NCBI GenBank assembly: GCA_026003935.1
Contig: BPIE01000002.1
Location: 127,906 to 191,905, forward strand
Reading direction: 5' to 3'
From: Tepidiforma sp.
Lineage (GTDB): Bacteria > Chloroflexota > Dehalococcoidia > Tepidiformales > Tepidiformaceae
DNA length: 64,000 nt
In this document: piece after piece, positions 28,954-38,488 of the stretch
Numbering within the stretch: the first letter of the stretch is position 1
How the letters are laid out: every line of letters begins with the position of its first letter
Notes under the pieces: generated by a model
The model's input: the letters and a program-made list of their open reading frames with translations, nothing else
What the model was told of the DNA's origin: nothing
The model's database searches: none
Program-made: the position numbers and the translations under genes

Positions 28954-29298
28954 ATGGCACGTACACAACGCCGGCGCGCGGCGACAGCGGCGCCGGAGGG
29001 TTCCCAGCCAGCGGAGGCCCAGCGGCCGGCGCGGCCTTCGCTTCCGCGGTCGACCGGTGCGCCCGGTGCTATTGCGCGCCCGGAGGCGCCAAAGCGGCGC
29101 CCATTCGGGTTCCTCAAGCGCCTGCAGCCGAGGTTTGTGGCGGACGTCATCGCGGAGCTGCGCAAGGTGACGTGGCCGTCGTTTCAGGAGACGCGGTACC
29201 TCACCATCGTCGTGGCGATCGTGGCGGTGTTGATGGGCCTGTTCCTGGGCGCTGTCGACCTCGTTTTCGGCTGGACCATCGAGAGGCTGTTCTTCTAA
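28954..29298 (+). CDS. secE: Preprotein translocase subunit SecE
   Basis: ELRKVTWPS followed by a TM helix; synteny. Confidence 0.92.
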   Translation: MARTQRRRAATAAPEGSQPAEAQRPARPSLPRSTGAPGAIARPEAPKRRPFGFLKRLQPRFVADVIAELRKVTWPSFQETRYLTIVVAIVAVLMGLFLGAVDLVFGWTIERLFF

Positions 29299-29300
29299 CG

Positions 29301-29990
29301 ATGACTGACGAACCGAAGGCGTATACAGCGCCGTCCGACATCAGCCCTGAGCAGAATGAGCAGATTCCGAAGCGCGCCTCGCGGCGGCGCAAGGACGAGG
29401 ACGCGCTGGAGCAGGAGCAGCTGACGGACGAGGAGATCAACGCACCGGGGCGGAAGTGGTACTTCGTCCATACGTACAGCGGCCATGAGAACAAGGTGCG
29501 CAACGCGATCAAGGCGACCGTGGCGCGAATGGACGCGGGGGACAAGATCTTCCACGTGGTGGTGCCCACGGAGGACGAGATCGAGATTCGCGACGGGCAG
29601 CGGCGAACGGTGAAGCGGAAGCTGTACCCGGGCTACGTGCTCGTGCAGACGATTGAGCTGAAGGAGAAGGACCCGGATTCGGATGCGGTATGGCATCTCA
29701 TCCGCAACACGACCGGGGTTACGGGCTTCGTGAGTTCGGGGACGCGGCCTGTGCCGCTCTCGCAGGATGAGGTGAACCACATCCTGCGGGCAATGCGGAT
29801 GGAACAGCCCAGGGTTCGCGTGGCGTTCCAGCCGGGTCAATCGGTGCGGATCGTCGACGGGCCATTCGAGGATTTCGTGGGGACCGTGGACGAGATCAAC
29901 ACCGAAAAGGGCCGCGTGAAGGTTATCGTGAACATGTTCGGCCGGGAGACGCCGGTCGAGCTGGATTTCCTGCAGGTCGAACGAGTCTAG
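29301..29990 (+). CDS. nusG: Transcription termination/antitermination factor NusG
   Basis: WYFVHTYSGHENKV, YPGYVLV, VTGFV, DGPF.DF.G, FGRETPVELDFLQV. Confidence 0.97.
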   Translation: MTDEPKAYTAPSDISPEQNEQIPKRASRRRKDEDALEQEQLTDEEINAPGRKWYFVHTYSGHENKVRNAIKATVARMDAGDKIFHVVVPTEDEIEIRDGQRRTVKRKLYPGYVLVQTIELKEKDPDSDAVWHLIRNTTGVTGFVSSGTRPVPLSQDEVNHILRAMRMEQPRVRVAFQPGQSVRIVDGPFEDFVGTVDEINTEKGRVKVIVNMFGRETPVELDFLQVERV

Positions 29991-30060
29991 CGGTCGGCAA
30001 TCGGCTCGTCCCCGGCTCCGAACGGCCGGGGACGATTCTCCGGCACGGTTCGGCAACAAC

Positions 30061-30100
30061 GAAAGGCCCCCGGGTTGCCGCCCCGGGGGCCTTTCATTTT
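30061..30100. terminator. Terminator after nusG (likely bidirectional)
   Basis: 14-bp stem GAAAGGCCCCCGGG / CCCGGGGGCCTTTC followed by ATTTT. A second hairpin lies at about 30007-30033. Confidence 0.8.
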
Positions 30101-30134
30101 GGTGCGGTTGTGGGCTGTTGGCGGGCGCCGGGGG

Positions 30135-31175
30135 TTAGAAGCCAGCCCGGCCGCCACCGCCGCGGAGGCGCGGGTCGAGCACGTCGCGCAGGGCATCTCC
30201 GGCGAGGTTGAAGCCGAGCACCACCAGGGTAAGCGCCATTCCGACGATGAAGGCCATCCAGGGGTCGGAGGGGCCGTTGCGCCGGCCTTCTTCGACCATC
30301 TTCCCCCAGGAGACGACGGTTGGGTCGCCGAGGCCGAGGAAGGCGAGCGTGGCTTCGACGAGGATGTAGATGCCGATGGAGCTGGTGAAGGTGACGATGA
30401 TGGGCGCCGTGATGTTCGGGAAGATGTGGCGCACCATGATGCGGCTGTCGCTGGCGCCGATCGTTCGTGCGGCGAGGACGTAGACCTCTTCGCGGACAGC
30501 CAGCACCGCGCTGCGTACAACACGGGCGGAACTGGCTGTCCCGAGGATGCCGAGGGCTATGGTGTTGACGGTGAGGGTGGGATTGGCGACGACCTGGCCG
30601 AAGAGCAGCAGGAGGACGAGGGGCGGGAATGCCTGGAGGGTGTCGACGATGCGCTGAATGAAGAAATCGACGAACCCGCCGAAGTAGGCGCTGGCGAGAC
30701 CGACGATGGTGCCACTGATGGTGGCGATGAGGGCCGCGCCGAGACCAACGTAGAGGGCGGTGCGGGAGCCGTGGATGATGCGGGAGTAGAGGTCGCGGCC
30801 GAGGCCGTCGGTGCCGAGCCAGTGCTGGGCAGATGGACCGCCGAAGGTAATGGGGAGGTCGTTTTTCTCGAGCTTCTCAGGCGGGTACTGGAGACGGATG
30901 GTCGGGTCGGTGAGGGCTTTTTCGGCAAGCTCAGGGTCGTAGGCTGGGTTAGGGGCCTTGAAGATGTCTTCGGGGTCGTAGCGGTCGATGGCCTCGGCGA
31001 AGATGGCGGCAAACACGCACAGTCCGATGATGACGACACCGACGCCGCCGAGCGGCTTGTAGCGGAAGAAGCGGCCGGTGTGGACGAGTGCCCGGATGAA
31101 GGCGGGGCGGTCGCTGAGACTGCGGGGGATTTCGAAGGAGCCGGGGCGCTCCATGACGGCCTGTTCCTGTGCCAT
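30135..31175 (-). CDS. Peptide/nickel ABC transporter permease (DppC/OppC type)
   Basis: HWLGTDGLGRDLYSRII, YVLAARTIGAS, HIFPN, GFNLAGDALRDVLDPR. Confidence 0.93.
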   Translation of the reverse strand: MAQEQAVMERPGSFEIPRSLSDRPAFIRALVHTGRFFRYKPLGGVGVVIIGLCVFAAIFAEAIDRYDPEDIFKAPNPAYDPELAEKALTDPTIRLQYPPEKLEKNDLPITFGGPSAQHWLGTDGLGRDLYSRIIHGSRTALYVGLGAALIATISGTIVGLASAYFGGFVDFFIQRIVDTLQAFPPLVLLLLFGQVVANPTLTVNTIALGILGTASSARVVRSAVLAVREEVYVLAARTIGASDSRIMVRHIFPNITAPIIVTFTSSIGIYILVEATLAFLGLGDPTVVSWGKMVEEGRRNGPSDPWMAFIVGMALTLVVLGFNLAGDALRDVLDPRLRGGGGRAGF

Positions 31176-31187
31176 GGCAGCTTCCTC

Positions 31188-32159
31188 CTAGGAGTACCGG
31201 ATGCGCGGATCGAGCACGCCATAGAGCAGGTCGATCGCGAGGTTGACGAAGACGACGAAGGTGGCGATGACGAGTACGAACGCCTGCACGACGGGGACGT
31301 CGCGGGCGACGATGGCGGCGAGGATGCGGCGGCCAACGCCGGGGATGGCGAACAGGTTTTCGAAGACGACGTTGCCCGAGAGGAGGCCGGCGAGGCTGAG
31401 GCCGAGCACGGTCACGACGGGGACCATGGCGTTCTTGAGTGCGTGGCGGACGATGATGACCCGTTCGCGCAGGCCCTTGGACCAGGCGGTACGGATGTAG
31501 TCCTGGCGCAGGACTTCGAGCATTTGTGAGCGGAGGAGGCGCATGACGCCGGCGCCTGAGGCGAGACCGCCGACGACGGCAGGGATGACGAAGAGCCGCA
31601 TGCTCGCTCCGGGGTCTTCCCAGAGGAGTGGTGCTGAGCTGATTGGCACTTCCCAGAGGCCCCAGCGGACCACGTAAAGGACGGCCATCGTGGCGACCCA
31701 GAAGTTGGGCATGGCAAGGACAAGGATGGCGAACACGCGCAGGACGTAGTCAATAATCGTGTCCTGGCGGATGGCCGAGATGATGCCGATGGGGACGGAC
31801 GTGACGACTGCGACGATGAGGGACATGAGGGCGAGCTGGATCGAGTAGGGGAGGCCCTCCTTCATTCCCTGGAGGGCGGATTCACGGGTTTGGTAGGAGA
31901 TTCCGAAGTCACCGCGAAGGAGGTTGCCAAGGTAGATGAGGTAGCGCTGGACGATGGGCTTGTCGAGCCCAAGGTCTTTGCGGACTGCCTGGATTTGGGC
32001 CTCACGCAGTGCCGGGTCGGTCGACGTCGGGTCCTGTGCGGCGATGCGCTGGGCGACGAAGTCGCCGGGCAGGACACTCGTGGCGAAAAAGACGAGCGTG
32101 GCTACCAGCCAGATGACCGGGATGTTGACGACGGCCCGCCGGAGAATGTAGGTCCTCAC
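31188..32159 (-). CDS. Peptide/nickel ABC transporter permease (DppB/OppB type)
   Basis: LPGD, LGLDKP, GDFGIS, QDYIRTAWSKGL, HALKNA, DPRIRY. Confidence 0.93.
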   Translation of the reverse strand: MRTYILRRAVVNIPVIWLVATLVFFATSVLPGDFVAQRIAAQDPTSTDPALREAQIQAVRKDLGLDKPIVQRYLIYLGNLLRGDFGISYQTRESALQGMKEGLPYSIQLALMSLIVAVVTSVPIGIISAIRQDTIIDYVLRVFAILVLAMPNFWVATMAVLYVVRWGLWEVPISSAPLLWEDPGASMRLFVIPAVVGGLASGAGVMRLLRSQMLEVLRQDYIRTAWSKGLRERVIIVRHALKNAMVPVVTVLGLSLAGLLSGNVVFENLFAIPGVGRRILAAIVARDVPVVQAFVLVIATFVVFVNLAIDLLYGVLDPRIRYS

Positions 32160-32191
32160 TCGCGATGTCCCCCTTTTATGTCGCAACGTCA

Positions 32192-32235
32192 GCTGCGGGT
32201 CGAGGGGCGCATTCTAGCGCCTCTCGACCCGCAGC
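32192..32235 (-). other. Long intergenic hairpin between SBP and permease genes (mRNA stabiliser or partial terminator)
   Basis: GCTGCGGGTCGAGGGGCGC / GCGCCTCTCGACCCGCAGC, about 19-bp stem. Confidence 0.65.
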
Positions 32236-32250
32236 GGTGAACGGCGCGGC

Positions 32251-34068
32251 CTAGGCCGGCCGGCCTTTCCAAGTGGGGTCGTTCTGGTCGAACCACCACT
32301 GGGTCCCGTACTGGTGCATCTGGACGAAGGAGACTGCCTCGGGGTACTTGAGGTAGTTCCAGCGCATGGACGAGTTGACGGCGACCATGTTGTACGGGAT
32401 GCCGGCGCCGTAGTTCTTTACGAGCTCGCGCATAACCTCTTTGGAGAGCTCCTGGCGTTTGGCGATGTCGAACTCAGCCACGGCCTGGGCGGTGAGCTGG
32501 TCGACCTTGTCGATCTTGACGCCGAACTGCTGCCACTGGGGCTGGCTGGAGTTGTACTGGAGGAAGTTGAGGAGGGTCGGTTCGGGGTCGGAGATTTCCG
32601 TGATCCAGCCGTACCAGATGTTGTTCTTCCCGTTGCCGTACTCCTGCTTGACGATCTTTCCGGTGATGGTGGAGTAGGGCTCGATCTTGGCGACGAAGTT
32701 GTTGCCGAGGACCTTCTTGAGCTGATTGGTGATGAGCGCGGAGACGCCGGAGTAGAGGCCCTCGTAGATGTCGGGGATGTCAACGATGATGTCGCCGAGG
32801 GCGGGACCGCCGCCGGCTTCCCACATCTTCCGGGCCTCGGCCTCTTCGGTGGCGCGGTCTTCGAGGTAGCCGGGGAAGGTGATGAGTTCCTTCTCCGTGA
32901 TGGAGAACGCTGCCTGGGCGGGCGGAACGTTGCCCGAGAGGACGCCTTTGCCTTGGAGGATCGACTGGATAAGTGCGCGGCGGTCGAGGGCGCGGAAAAT
33001 CGCGCCGATGAGGTTCGGGTTGTTCCAAGGGGCAGCGCCGCCGTAGTAGGTGCCTGCCTGCGGGTTGCCGCCGAAGACCTTCACCTCGTGAATCTGGCCT
33101 TCGAACCGCTTGAGGAGGTCTTGGATGACCTGGTTTTGGGTGGGGATGAAGGCGTCGAGCTGCTTTTGCTCGAAGGCGGCCTGCTGGGCGGTCTGGTCGG
33201 TGAAGAGGGGCAGCCACTTGACGCCATCCCAGTTGACCTGGGTGTAAAACTTGTCGTTGCGGACCCACTCGGAGTCGCCTTCAGCCGACCACTTGGTAAG
33301 GACGAACGCGCCGGTCCCGATAACGAGGTCGGCTTTCATGTTGGCGTAGTCCTTCTCGAAGGCCTGAACCGCTTCCGGGGCCTGGACCTTGGAGTAGGAG
33401 CCGGCGAGCGTGGTGAGGAAGAAGGGGTCGGGCTTGGTGAAGGTGACGCGCACTGTGCGGTCGTCGACCACTTCGACCTTGTCCACGTTCTGGTAGGCGG
33501 ACTTGCGGTAGAAGTTGGGGTCTTCGGTTCCGTCGAGGAGCTTGCCGTTCTTATTTCGGTTGATGAAGAAGGCGATGTCTTCGGCGTTGGCCTGGCGCCC
33601 GTTGACCGGGGGCTTGTCATGCCAGAAGAGGTTTTGGCGGACGGTGAAGACGATGGTGTTGGGGTCGGGCTGCTCCCATTTCTCGGCGAAGGCGCCTTCG
33701 ATTTCGGCCTTGGTGAAGCTCTTCCACTGGGTAACACCGAGGTTGGTCATACCCATGAGCCAGGCGACCGGCGAGAAGCGCGACCGGTCGACGTCAAACG
33801 TGTCCCAGGTGTTATTGGCGGAGACGAAGCGGGCGGTACCGCCTTTTTGCGGGGCCTGGGCGGCCGAAGTTGGGCTTGCAGCGGGGCTGCCAGAGCCGGA
33901 AGGCGTCGAGGTGCCGCCTGCAGAGCCACCGTCATCGTCATCATCGTCGCCGCAGCCGACGAGGCCGAGGGCGGCGACGCCGATGCCTGCGGTGGCAGCG
34001 CCGCCGAGGACACGGCGCCGGCTAATGCCCTGCCGGGCAAGCTTTCGCTTCCAGTAGTTGTCCGACAT
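32251..34068 (-). CDS. ABC substrate-binding protein family 5, Tat lipoprotein
   Basis: ISRRRVLGG Tat motif, LVGC lipobox, WHDKPPVNGR, IGTGAFVL. Confidence 0.88.
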   Translation of the reverse strand: MSDNYWKRKLARQGISRRRVLGGAATAGIGVAALGLVGCGDDDDDDGGSAGGTSTPSGSGSPAASPTSAAQAPQKGGTARFVSANNTWDTFDVDRSRFSPVAWLMGMTNLGVTQWKSFTKAEIEGAFAEKWEQPDPNTIVFTVRQNLFWHDKPPVNGRQANAEDIAFFINRNKNGKLLDGTEDPNFYRKSAYQNVDKVEVVDDRTVRVTFTKPDPFFLTTLAGSYSKVQAPEAVQAFEKDYANMKADLVIGTGAFVLTKWSAEGDSEWVRNDKFYTQVNWDGVKWLPLFTDQTAQQAAFEQKQLDAFIPTQNQVIQDLLKRFEGQIHEVKVFGGNPQAGTYYGGAAPWNNPNLIGAIFRALDRRALIQSILQGKGVLSGNVPPAQAAFSITEKELITFPGYLEDRATEEAEARKMWEAGGGPALGDIIVDIPDIYEGLYSGVSALITNQLKKVLGNNFVAKIEPYSTITGKIVKQEYGNGKNNIWYGWITEISDPEPTLLNFLQYNSSQPQWQQFGVKIDKVDQLTAQAVAEFDIAKRQELSKEVMRELVKNYGAGIPYNMVAVNSSMRWNYLKYPEAVSFVQMHQYGTQWWFDQNDPTWKGRPA

Positions 34069-34199
34069 AGGTTGGAGAGGTCCCCCCTTGCTGAGTTCGC
34101 CCCGCTTCAATGGGAACCATAGAAAGCAGGGGCGACTCGGGAGTATACGCACGCGCGCCGTTCGGGGAAGTCATCTTTCCGGTAAATCGCCTTTTCCGC

Positions 34200-34230
34200 G
34201 GTGCGAAAGGTTCGCGGGTGCGAAAGGTTC
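34200..34230. repeat. 14-nt direct repeat GGTGCGAAAGGTTC x2 (period 17)
   Basis: Copies at 34200-34213 and 34217-34230 in the divergent intergenic region. Confidence 0.75.
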
Positions 34231-34328
34231 TCGCGCGGGGCGAGGGACTGGCCTGTTGGAGGCCGGACGTTGCCCGGGAGGAAGGGTGCGGCGATACTTG
34301 ATGGTTGGCTCGCCGTTGCTGGCGGGAC

Positions 34329-34369
34329 CCTGTGGAGGCGTGCGTGGAGCGCGCCGTTCGCACACAAGG
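34329..34369 (+). promoter_or_regulatory. Putative L1-binding autoregulatory leader of rplK-rplA
   Basis: Hairpin CCTGTG-GA-GGCG...CGCC-GTTCGCA-CACAAGG with an asymmetric loop, overlapping the SD. Promoter TTGCCC-17-GATACT at 34270-34298. Confidence 0.5.
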
Positions 34370-34377
34370 AGACGACA

Positions 34378-34803
34378 TTGGCGAAGAAAGTGAGGGCAGT
34401 GCTCACGCTGCAGCTGCCCGCCGGGAAGGCGAACCCGGCGCCGCCTGTTGGCCCTGCGCTTGGCCAGCATGGCGTGAACATCATGGAGTTCTGCAAGGAG
34501 TACAACGCTCGGACGCAGGACAAGATCGGGCTCATCATCCCGGCCCAGCTGACGGTCTACGAGGACCGTTCGTTCACCTTCGTGCTGAAGACGCCTCCGG
34601 CGGCCGACCTGCTGCGGCGGGCCGCTGGCGTTGAGAAGGGGAGCGGCAATCCGCGGCTGAACAAGGTCGGCCGGGTGACTTCGGAGGATATCCGCAAGAT
34701 CGCCGAGATGAAGTTGCCGGACCTGAACGCCAATACCGTCGAGGAAGCGATGCGGATTATCGAGGGGACGGCGCGGAGCATGGGCATCGAGGTGGTGGAC
34801 TAA
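34378..34803 (+). CDS. rplK: 50S ribosomal protein L11
   Basis: TTG start; [33 protein letters not shown]. Confidence 0.98.
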   Translation: MAKKVRAVLTLQLPAGKANPAPPVGPALGQHGVNIMEFCKEYNARTQDKIGLIIPAQLTVYEDRSFTFVLKTPPAADLLRRAAGVEKGSGNPRLNKVGRVTSEDIRKIAEMKLPDLNANTVEEAMRIIEGTARSMGIEVVD

Positions 34804-35516
34804 TGCCGAAGCATGGGAAGCGCTACCGGGAAGCGGCTGCCAAGGTGGATAAGTCGCGGCTCTACGGGGTGGATGAGGCCATTGCGCTGGCGAAGGAGAT
34901 CCACCCGGCAAAGTTCGACGAAACGGTCGAGCTTCACATCAAGACGGGGCTCGACCCGCGGCATGCGGAGCAGCAAATTCGCGGGTCGACGGTGCTCCCG
35001 CATGGCCTCGGAAAGGTGATGCGGGTGCTCGTGTTTGCAGAGGGCGAGGCGGCGTCCGCGGCGCGCGAGGCCGGTGCCGATCACGTCGGCAGCGACGACC
35101 TCATCAAGCAGATCGAAGGCGGGTTCCTCGACTTCGATGTCGCGATCGCGACGCGGGAGATGATGGGGAAGGTCGGGCGGCTGGGCCGCATCCTCGGCCC
35201 GCGGGGCTTGATGCCCAACCCGCGCTCCGGGACGGTGGTCGGCGCCGAGGACATCGCGAAGTCGGTGCAGGAGGCGAAGCAGGGCCGCGTGGAGTTCCGG
35301 CTCGACCGGCTGGCAAACATCCATGTGCCGCTGGGGAAGGTGAGCTTCGAAGACCAGAAGCTGAAGGAGAACCTGGCTGCCCTGATCGAGGCGGTCAACG
35401 CTGCGAAGCCGAAGGAGGCGAAGGGGCAGTACATCCGGAGCGCGACGCTCACGACGACGATGGGGCCAGGCATCCACCTGGACCTTGCGCAAACGCTTGC
35501 ACTCAAACTGACCTGA
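34803..35516 (+). CDS. rplA: 50S ribosomal protein L1
   Basis: [31 protein letters not shown]. Confidence 0.98.
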   Translation: MPKHGKRYREAAAKVDKSRLYGVDEAIALAKEIHPAKFDETVELHIKTGLDPRHAEQQIRGSTVLPHGLGKVMRVLVFAEGEAASAAREAGADHVGSDDLIKQIEGGFLDFDVAIATREMMGKVGRLGRILGPRGLMPNPRSGTVVGAEDIAKSVQEAKQGRVEFRLDRLANIHVPLGKVSFEDQKLKENLAALIEAVNAAKPKEAKGQYIRSATLTTTMGPGIHLDLAQTLALKLT

Positions 35517-35545
35517 CGCTGGCTACGGCATCGTCCCTGAGACGA

Positions 35546-35586
35546 CACCGGCCCGGTCACATGCGACCGGGCCGGTGCGGTTCTTG
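35546..35586. terminator. Hairpin after rplA
   Basis: 13-bp stem CACCGGCCCGGTC / GACCGGGCCGGTG. Confidence 0.7.
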
Positions 35587-35601
35587 GTGAACGGCTGAGG
35601 T

Positions 35602-35946
35602 CTAGTGGGCGGGCGCGTGCGCGTCGTGGCTATCGCCGTGGCCGTGGGCGTCATCGTCAGCGGGGAGGTCGCGCGAGCGCATGATGGAGATGGGGGCCAC
35701 CCAATCGGGGTTCTCCGGGAAACCGCCGACCTGCCGTTTGAACAGGTAGAGGACACCGAGGACGACGGCGAAGACCCCAACGCCCACGAGCGACCAGAGG
35801 ACGGCTGGCAGGACGTCGGCGGCGGTTCCGCCGGCCTGGGCTGCGTGGCCCGCGGTGCCTCCGCCCTCATCGGCGGCAGCAGCGGCGACGCTGGCGAGGG
35901 CCACGAACGCAGGGACGATGGTGCGGGATATGACGCGCGTCTTCAT
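35602..35946 (-). CDS. Small membrane protein with His-rich C-terminus
   Basis: Signal-like N-terminus, one TM helix, DDDAHGHGDSHDAHAPAH tail. TACACT upstream. Confidence 0.6.
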   Translation of the reverse strand: MKTRVISRTIVPAFVALASVAAAAADEGGGTAGHAAQAGGTAADVLPAVLWSLVGVGVFAVVLGVLYLFKRQVGGFPENPDWVAPISIMRSRDLPADDDAHGHGDSHDAHAPAH

Positions 35947-36221
35947 CAAGCGGGAGTGTAGCAGGGAGCGAGCTTCGAGCCAGTGCGCGGGCAACAAAAA
36001 TAGGGCCGGTGGATGTGTGGAGCGGACACGACATCCAGCGCGACCCATTCAATTTTTAGCACCTGCTCAGGAGACTGCGCAAGGGCGTGTCAGCGGAATT
36101 TTACGAAGATGACGCTTTGTTAGGTTTCCGGTCACCTGGACCGGCGGATAGGGCCGAACGTCCGATGGCGGGCAAGGGGCGGGCGCCGAGGATAGCGCCA
36201 GCATATGGGGAGGCTTGCTGC

Positions 36222-36722
36222 ATGCGCGCACTCGTTCCGCTCGACGGCAGTGAAGATGCGCTTGCGGTCATGCCGGCGGTTCGGCGATTGACGGAGATGG
36301 CACCGGGCATCGAGGTGCATCTTGCGACAGTCCTTGACCCGCAGGCGGTCCGCGGGCGAACGGAGCGGCCGGCAAGAGAGCCGCTGGGGGTTGCGGCGGG
36401 CACGACGGTGGTGCGAATTCCGCCGCCGCGGCTGCTTGAAAGTCACGGCGAGGCGGTCACGCGAAAGGCGACCGAGTGGCGCGAGAGGCTGGAGCAGGTT
36501 GCGGCGCAGGAATTGCCGGGGGCTGCCACCACCGTGCATGTCGAGTGGGCGCACCAGCCCGCAAAGGCCATCATCGAGCTGGCCAACGAGCTGGACGTCG
36601 ATGTGATTGCAATGGCCACCCATGGCCGGTCTGGCCTCTCGCACCTGCTGGTGGGAAGCGTCACGGAGGAAGTCATCCGCGACAGCGGTCGGCCGGTGCT
36701 GGTGGTCCGGGCGCGGCGTTGA
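36222..36722 (+). CDS. Universal stress protein
   Basis: LVPLDGS, IAMATHGRSGL..LLVGSVTEEVIR..RPVLVV. Confidence 0.9.
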   Translation: MRALVPLDGSEDALAVMPAVRRLTEMAPGIEVHLATVLDPQAVRGRTERPAREPLGVAAGTTVVRIPPPRLLESHGEAVTRKATEWRERLEQVAAQELPGAATTVHVEWAHQPAKAIIELANELDVDVIAMATHGRSGLSHLLVGSVTEEVIRDSGRPVLVVRARR

Positions 36723-36728
36723 GGTTGG

Positions 36729-37034
36729 CTAGAGCTGGCGCAGGAGGGCCGTGACGAGGGCTGCGGTCCCGACTGCGAGGAAGAGGGGACCGCGACGGGC
36801 AAGGACCGCGGCGGCAGCAGCGAGCCCGGCTGAACGCTCGTCGAGCACGAGGCGGGAGCCGTCGGAGAGGGAGGCCGTAACAACCAGGGCCGCGAGCACG
36901 GCAGGGGCGAGGTGTTCGAACCGGGCCGCGGAGCGGACGCGGCTGCTGGAGCCACTGAGCAGGAGAACGCCGGCCGCCTTGATGACGACCGTTCCCAGAC
37001 CGACGAGGAGCACTGCGGCCCAAGGCGTACTCAT
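36729..37034 (-). CDS. azlD: AzlD-family membrane protein
   Basis: LAPAVLAALVV; overlaps the azlC stop codon. Confidence 0.8.
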   Translation of the reverse strand: MSTPWAAVLLVGLGTVVIKAAGVLLLSGSSSRVRSAARFEHLAPAVLAALVVTASLSDGSRLVLDERSAGLAAAAAVLARRGPLFLAVGTAALVTALLRQL

Positions 37035-37696
37035 CGGCGCTGACCCAGGACGGCGCCGGCGGCGGCAGCGATGACCGGCACGCCGGGGGGCGTGAATGGG
37101 ACGAGCACGAGGGCGATCAAGGCCCCGGCGGCGGCGGCACGCCGGGCGCGGGGCTCGCGCACGCGGGGCGCAAGAAGGCCAAGGAAGAGCGCGGGAAAGG
37201 CAGCGTCGAGGCCGAGTGCGGCCGGGTCGGCAAGGGCGTTCCCGGCTGCCGCGCCGAGGGCGGTCCCGCCCACCCAGCCGAGGTAGACGGCCAACCCGGC
37301 GCCGATGAGCCGTTGCGGCGAGACCGAGCCATCCGTGCGGGAAGCGATGGCCCACGACTCGTCGACGACGAGCTGGGAAGCGAGGACCCGCCGAAGCCAA
37401 GCCCCCGGGAGGTACGGGGCTACAGATAGGCCGATGGGGCCGTAGCGCGCGTTGAGCAGGACCGCGGCGACGACCGCAGCAGCGAGCCCGCCGCCCTCGG
37501 CGAGGATGGAGACGGCGGCAAACTGGGCCGACCCGGCGAAGGTGGTGGCAGACATCGCGACGGCACCGAGCAGCGGGAACCCGGATGTGCGCGCGAGGAC
37601 GCCGAACGAAGCGCCAAAGACTGCAACAAGCGCGGCCACCGGGATGGCGGCGACCGAGCCATCCAGGACCCTCTCACCGCTCGCTGGCGCCGCCAC
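37031..37696 (-). CDS. azlC: AzlC-family branched-chain amino acid exporter
   Basis: MSATTFAGSAQF, LLNARY, VDESWA, LDAAFPALF. Start GTG 37696 or 37702. Confidence 0.88.
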   Translation of the reverse strand: MAAPASGERVLDGSVAAIPVAALVAVFGASFGVLARTSGFPLLGAVAMSATTFAGSAQFAAVSILAEGGGLAAAVVAAVLLNARYGPIGLSVAPYLPGAWLRRVLASQLVVDESWAIASRTDGSVSPQRLIGAGLAVYLGWVGGTALGAAAGNALADPAALGLDAAFPALFLGLLAPRVREPRARRAAAAGALIALVLVPFTPPGVPVIAAAAGAVLGQRR

Positions 37697-37747
37697 ATCC
37701 ACAGGCTACGCCGGAAGCGCATGCAGGGCGAGCCGCGGCTCGGGCTG

Positions 37748-38488
37748 TCAGGCGGTGGAGATGGCGCGTTCGCGGTCGAAGGCTCGAACGACCAGCCGCC
37801 AGAGGCCGGCGTCAATCGCCGCAACGGCGGCGGCGAAGACGCACCACGTCAGGACGGACGGCTCGACGGTTCGTGTGACGATCAGCAGCACCGGCAACAT
37901 CGAGGGAAGGAGGACAAGCCCGCTCAGGTGCTCGGCGATGCGGACGTCTTTCGACCGGGCAGAGAAGAACATTCCGGTGAGCGTCGAAAAGAGCGCCAGG
38001 AGCGGGGCTGCAAGCAGGAGACCGAACGGCCACGTCCAGTCGAGCGCAGGCGAGCGAACTGGCGGTTCCACCGCGAGGGCGACGACGGCCATGTAGAGGG
38101 CATAGATGCCGAACGATGCGCCGAGCGTGGGCAGCAGGATTGCTGCGACCTTGCCGGCGAGGAGTTCGCGGTCGCTCAACGGAAGGGTGAGGAGGGGTTC
38201 GAGCGTGCCCTGGTCTCGTTCGCCGATGATGCCGTAGGCGGCCATGGTGGCCGGCATGATCACGGGAGTGAGGAAGAAGCAGAACATTGCCTGCCCGACG
38301 GCGAAATCGGGGCCTCCGATGGCGCGGGAAGGCTCGTAGAGGAGCAGATTGAGGACCGGAAGGACGAGGAACGCGATCGGGAGCACGATGGCCGTCGCGA
38401 CAATCATGCGGTGTCTGCGGAGCTCGCGAAGTTCCTTGCGCGCGAGCGCCCGGACGCCGGGGCTGGAGGTGATGGCGGCATTGCTCAC
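37748..38488 (-). CDS. ABC-2 type exporter permease
   Basis: ARKELREL, GERDQGTLEPLLTLPLS..ELLAGK. Confidence 0.85.
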   Translation of the reverse strand: MSNAAITSSPGVRALARKELRELRRHRMIVATAIVLPIAFLVLPVLNLLLYEPSRAIGGPDFAVGQAMFCFFLTPVIMPATMAAYGIIGERDQGTLEPLLTLPLSDRELLAGKVAAILLPTLGASFGIYALYMAVVALAVEPPVRSPALDWTWPFGLLLAAPLLALFSTLTGMFFSARSKDVRIAEHLSGLVLLPSMLPVLLIVTRTVEPSVLTWCVFAAAVAAIDAGLWRLVVRAFDRERAISTA

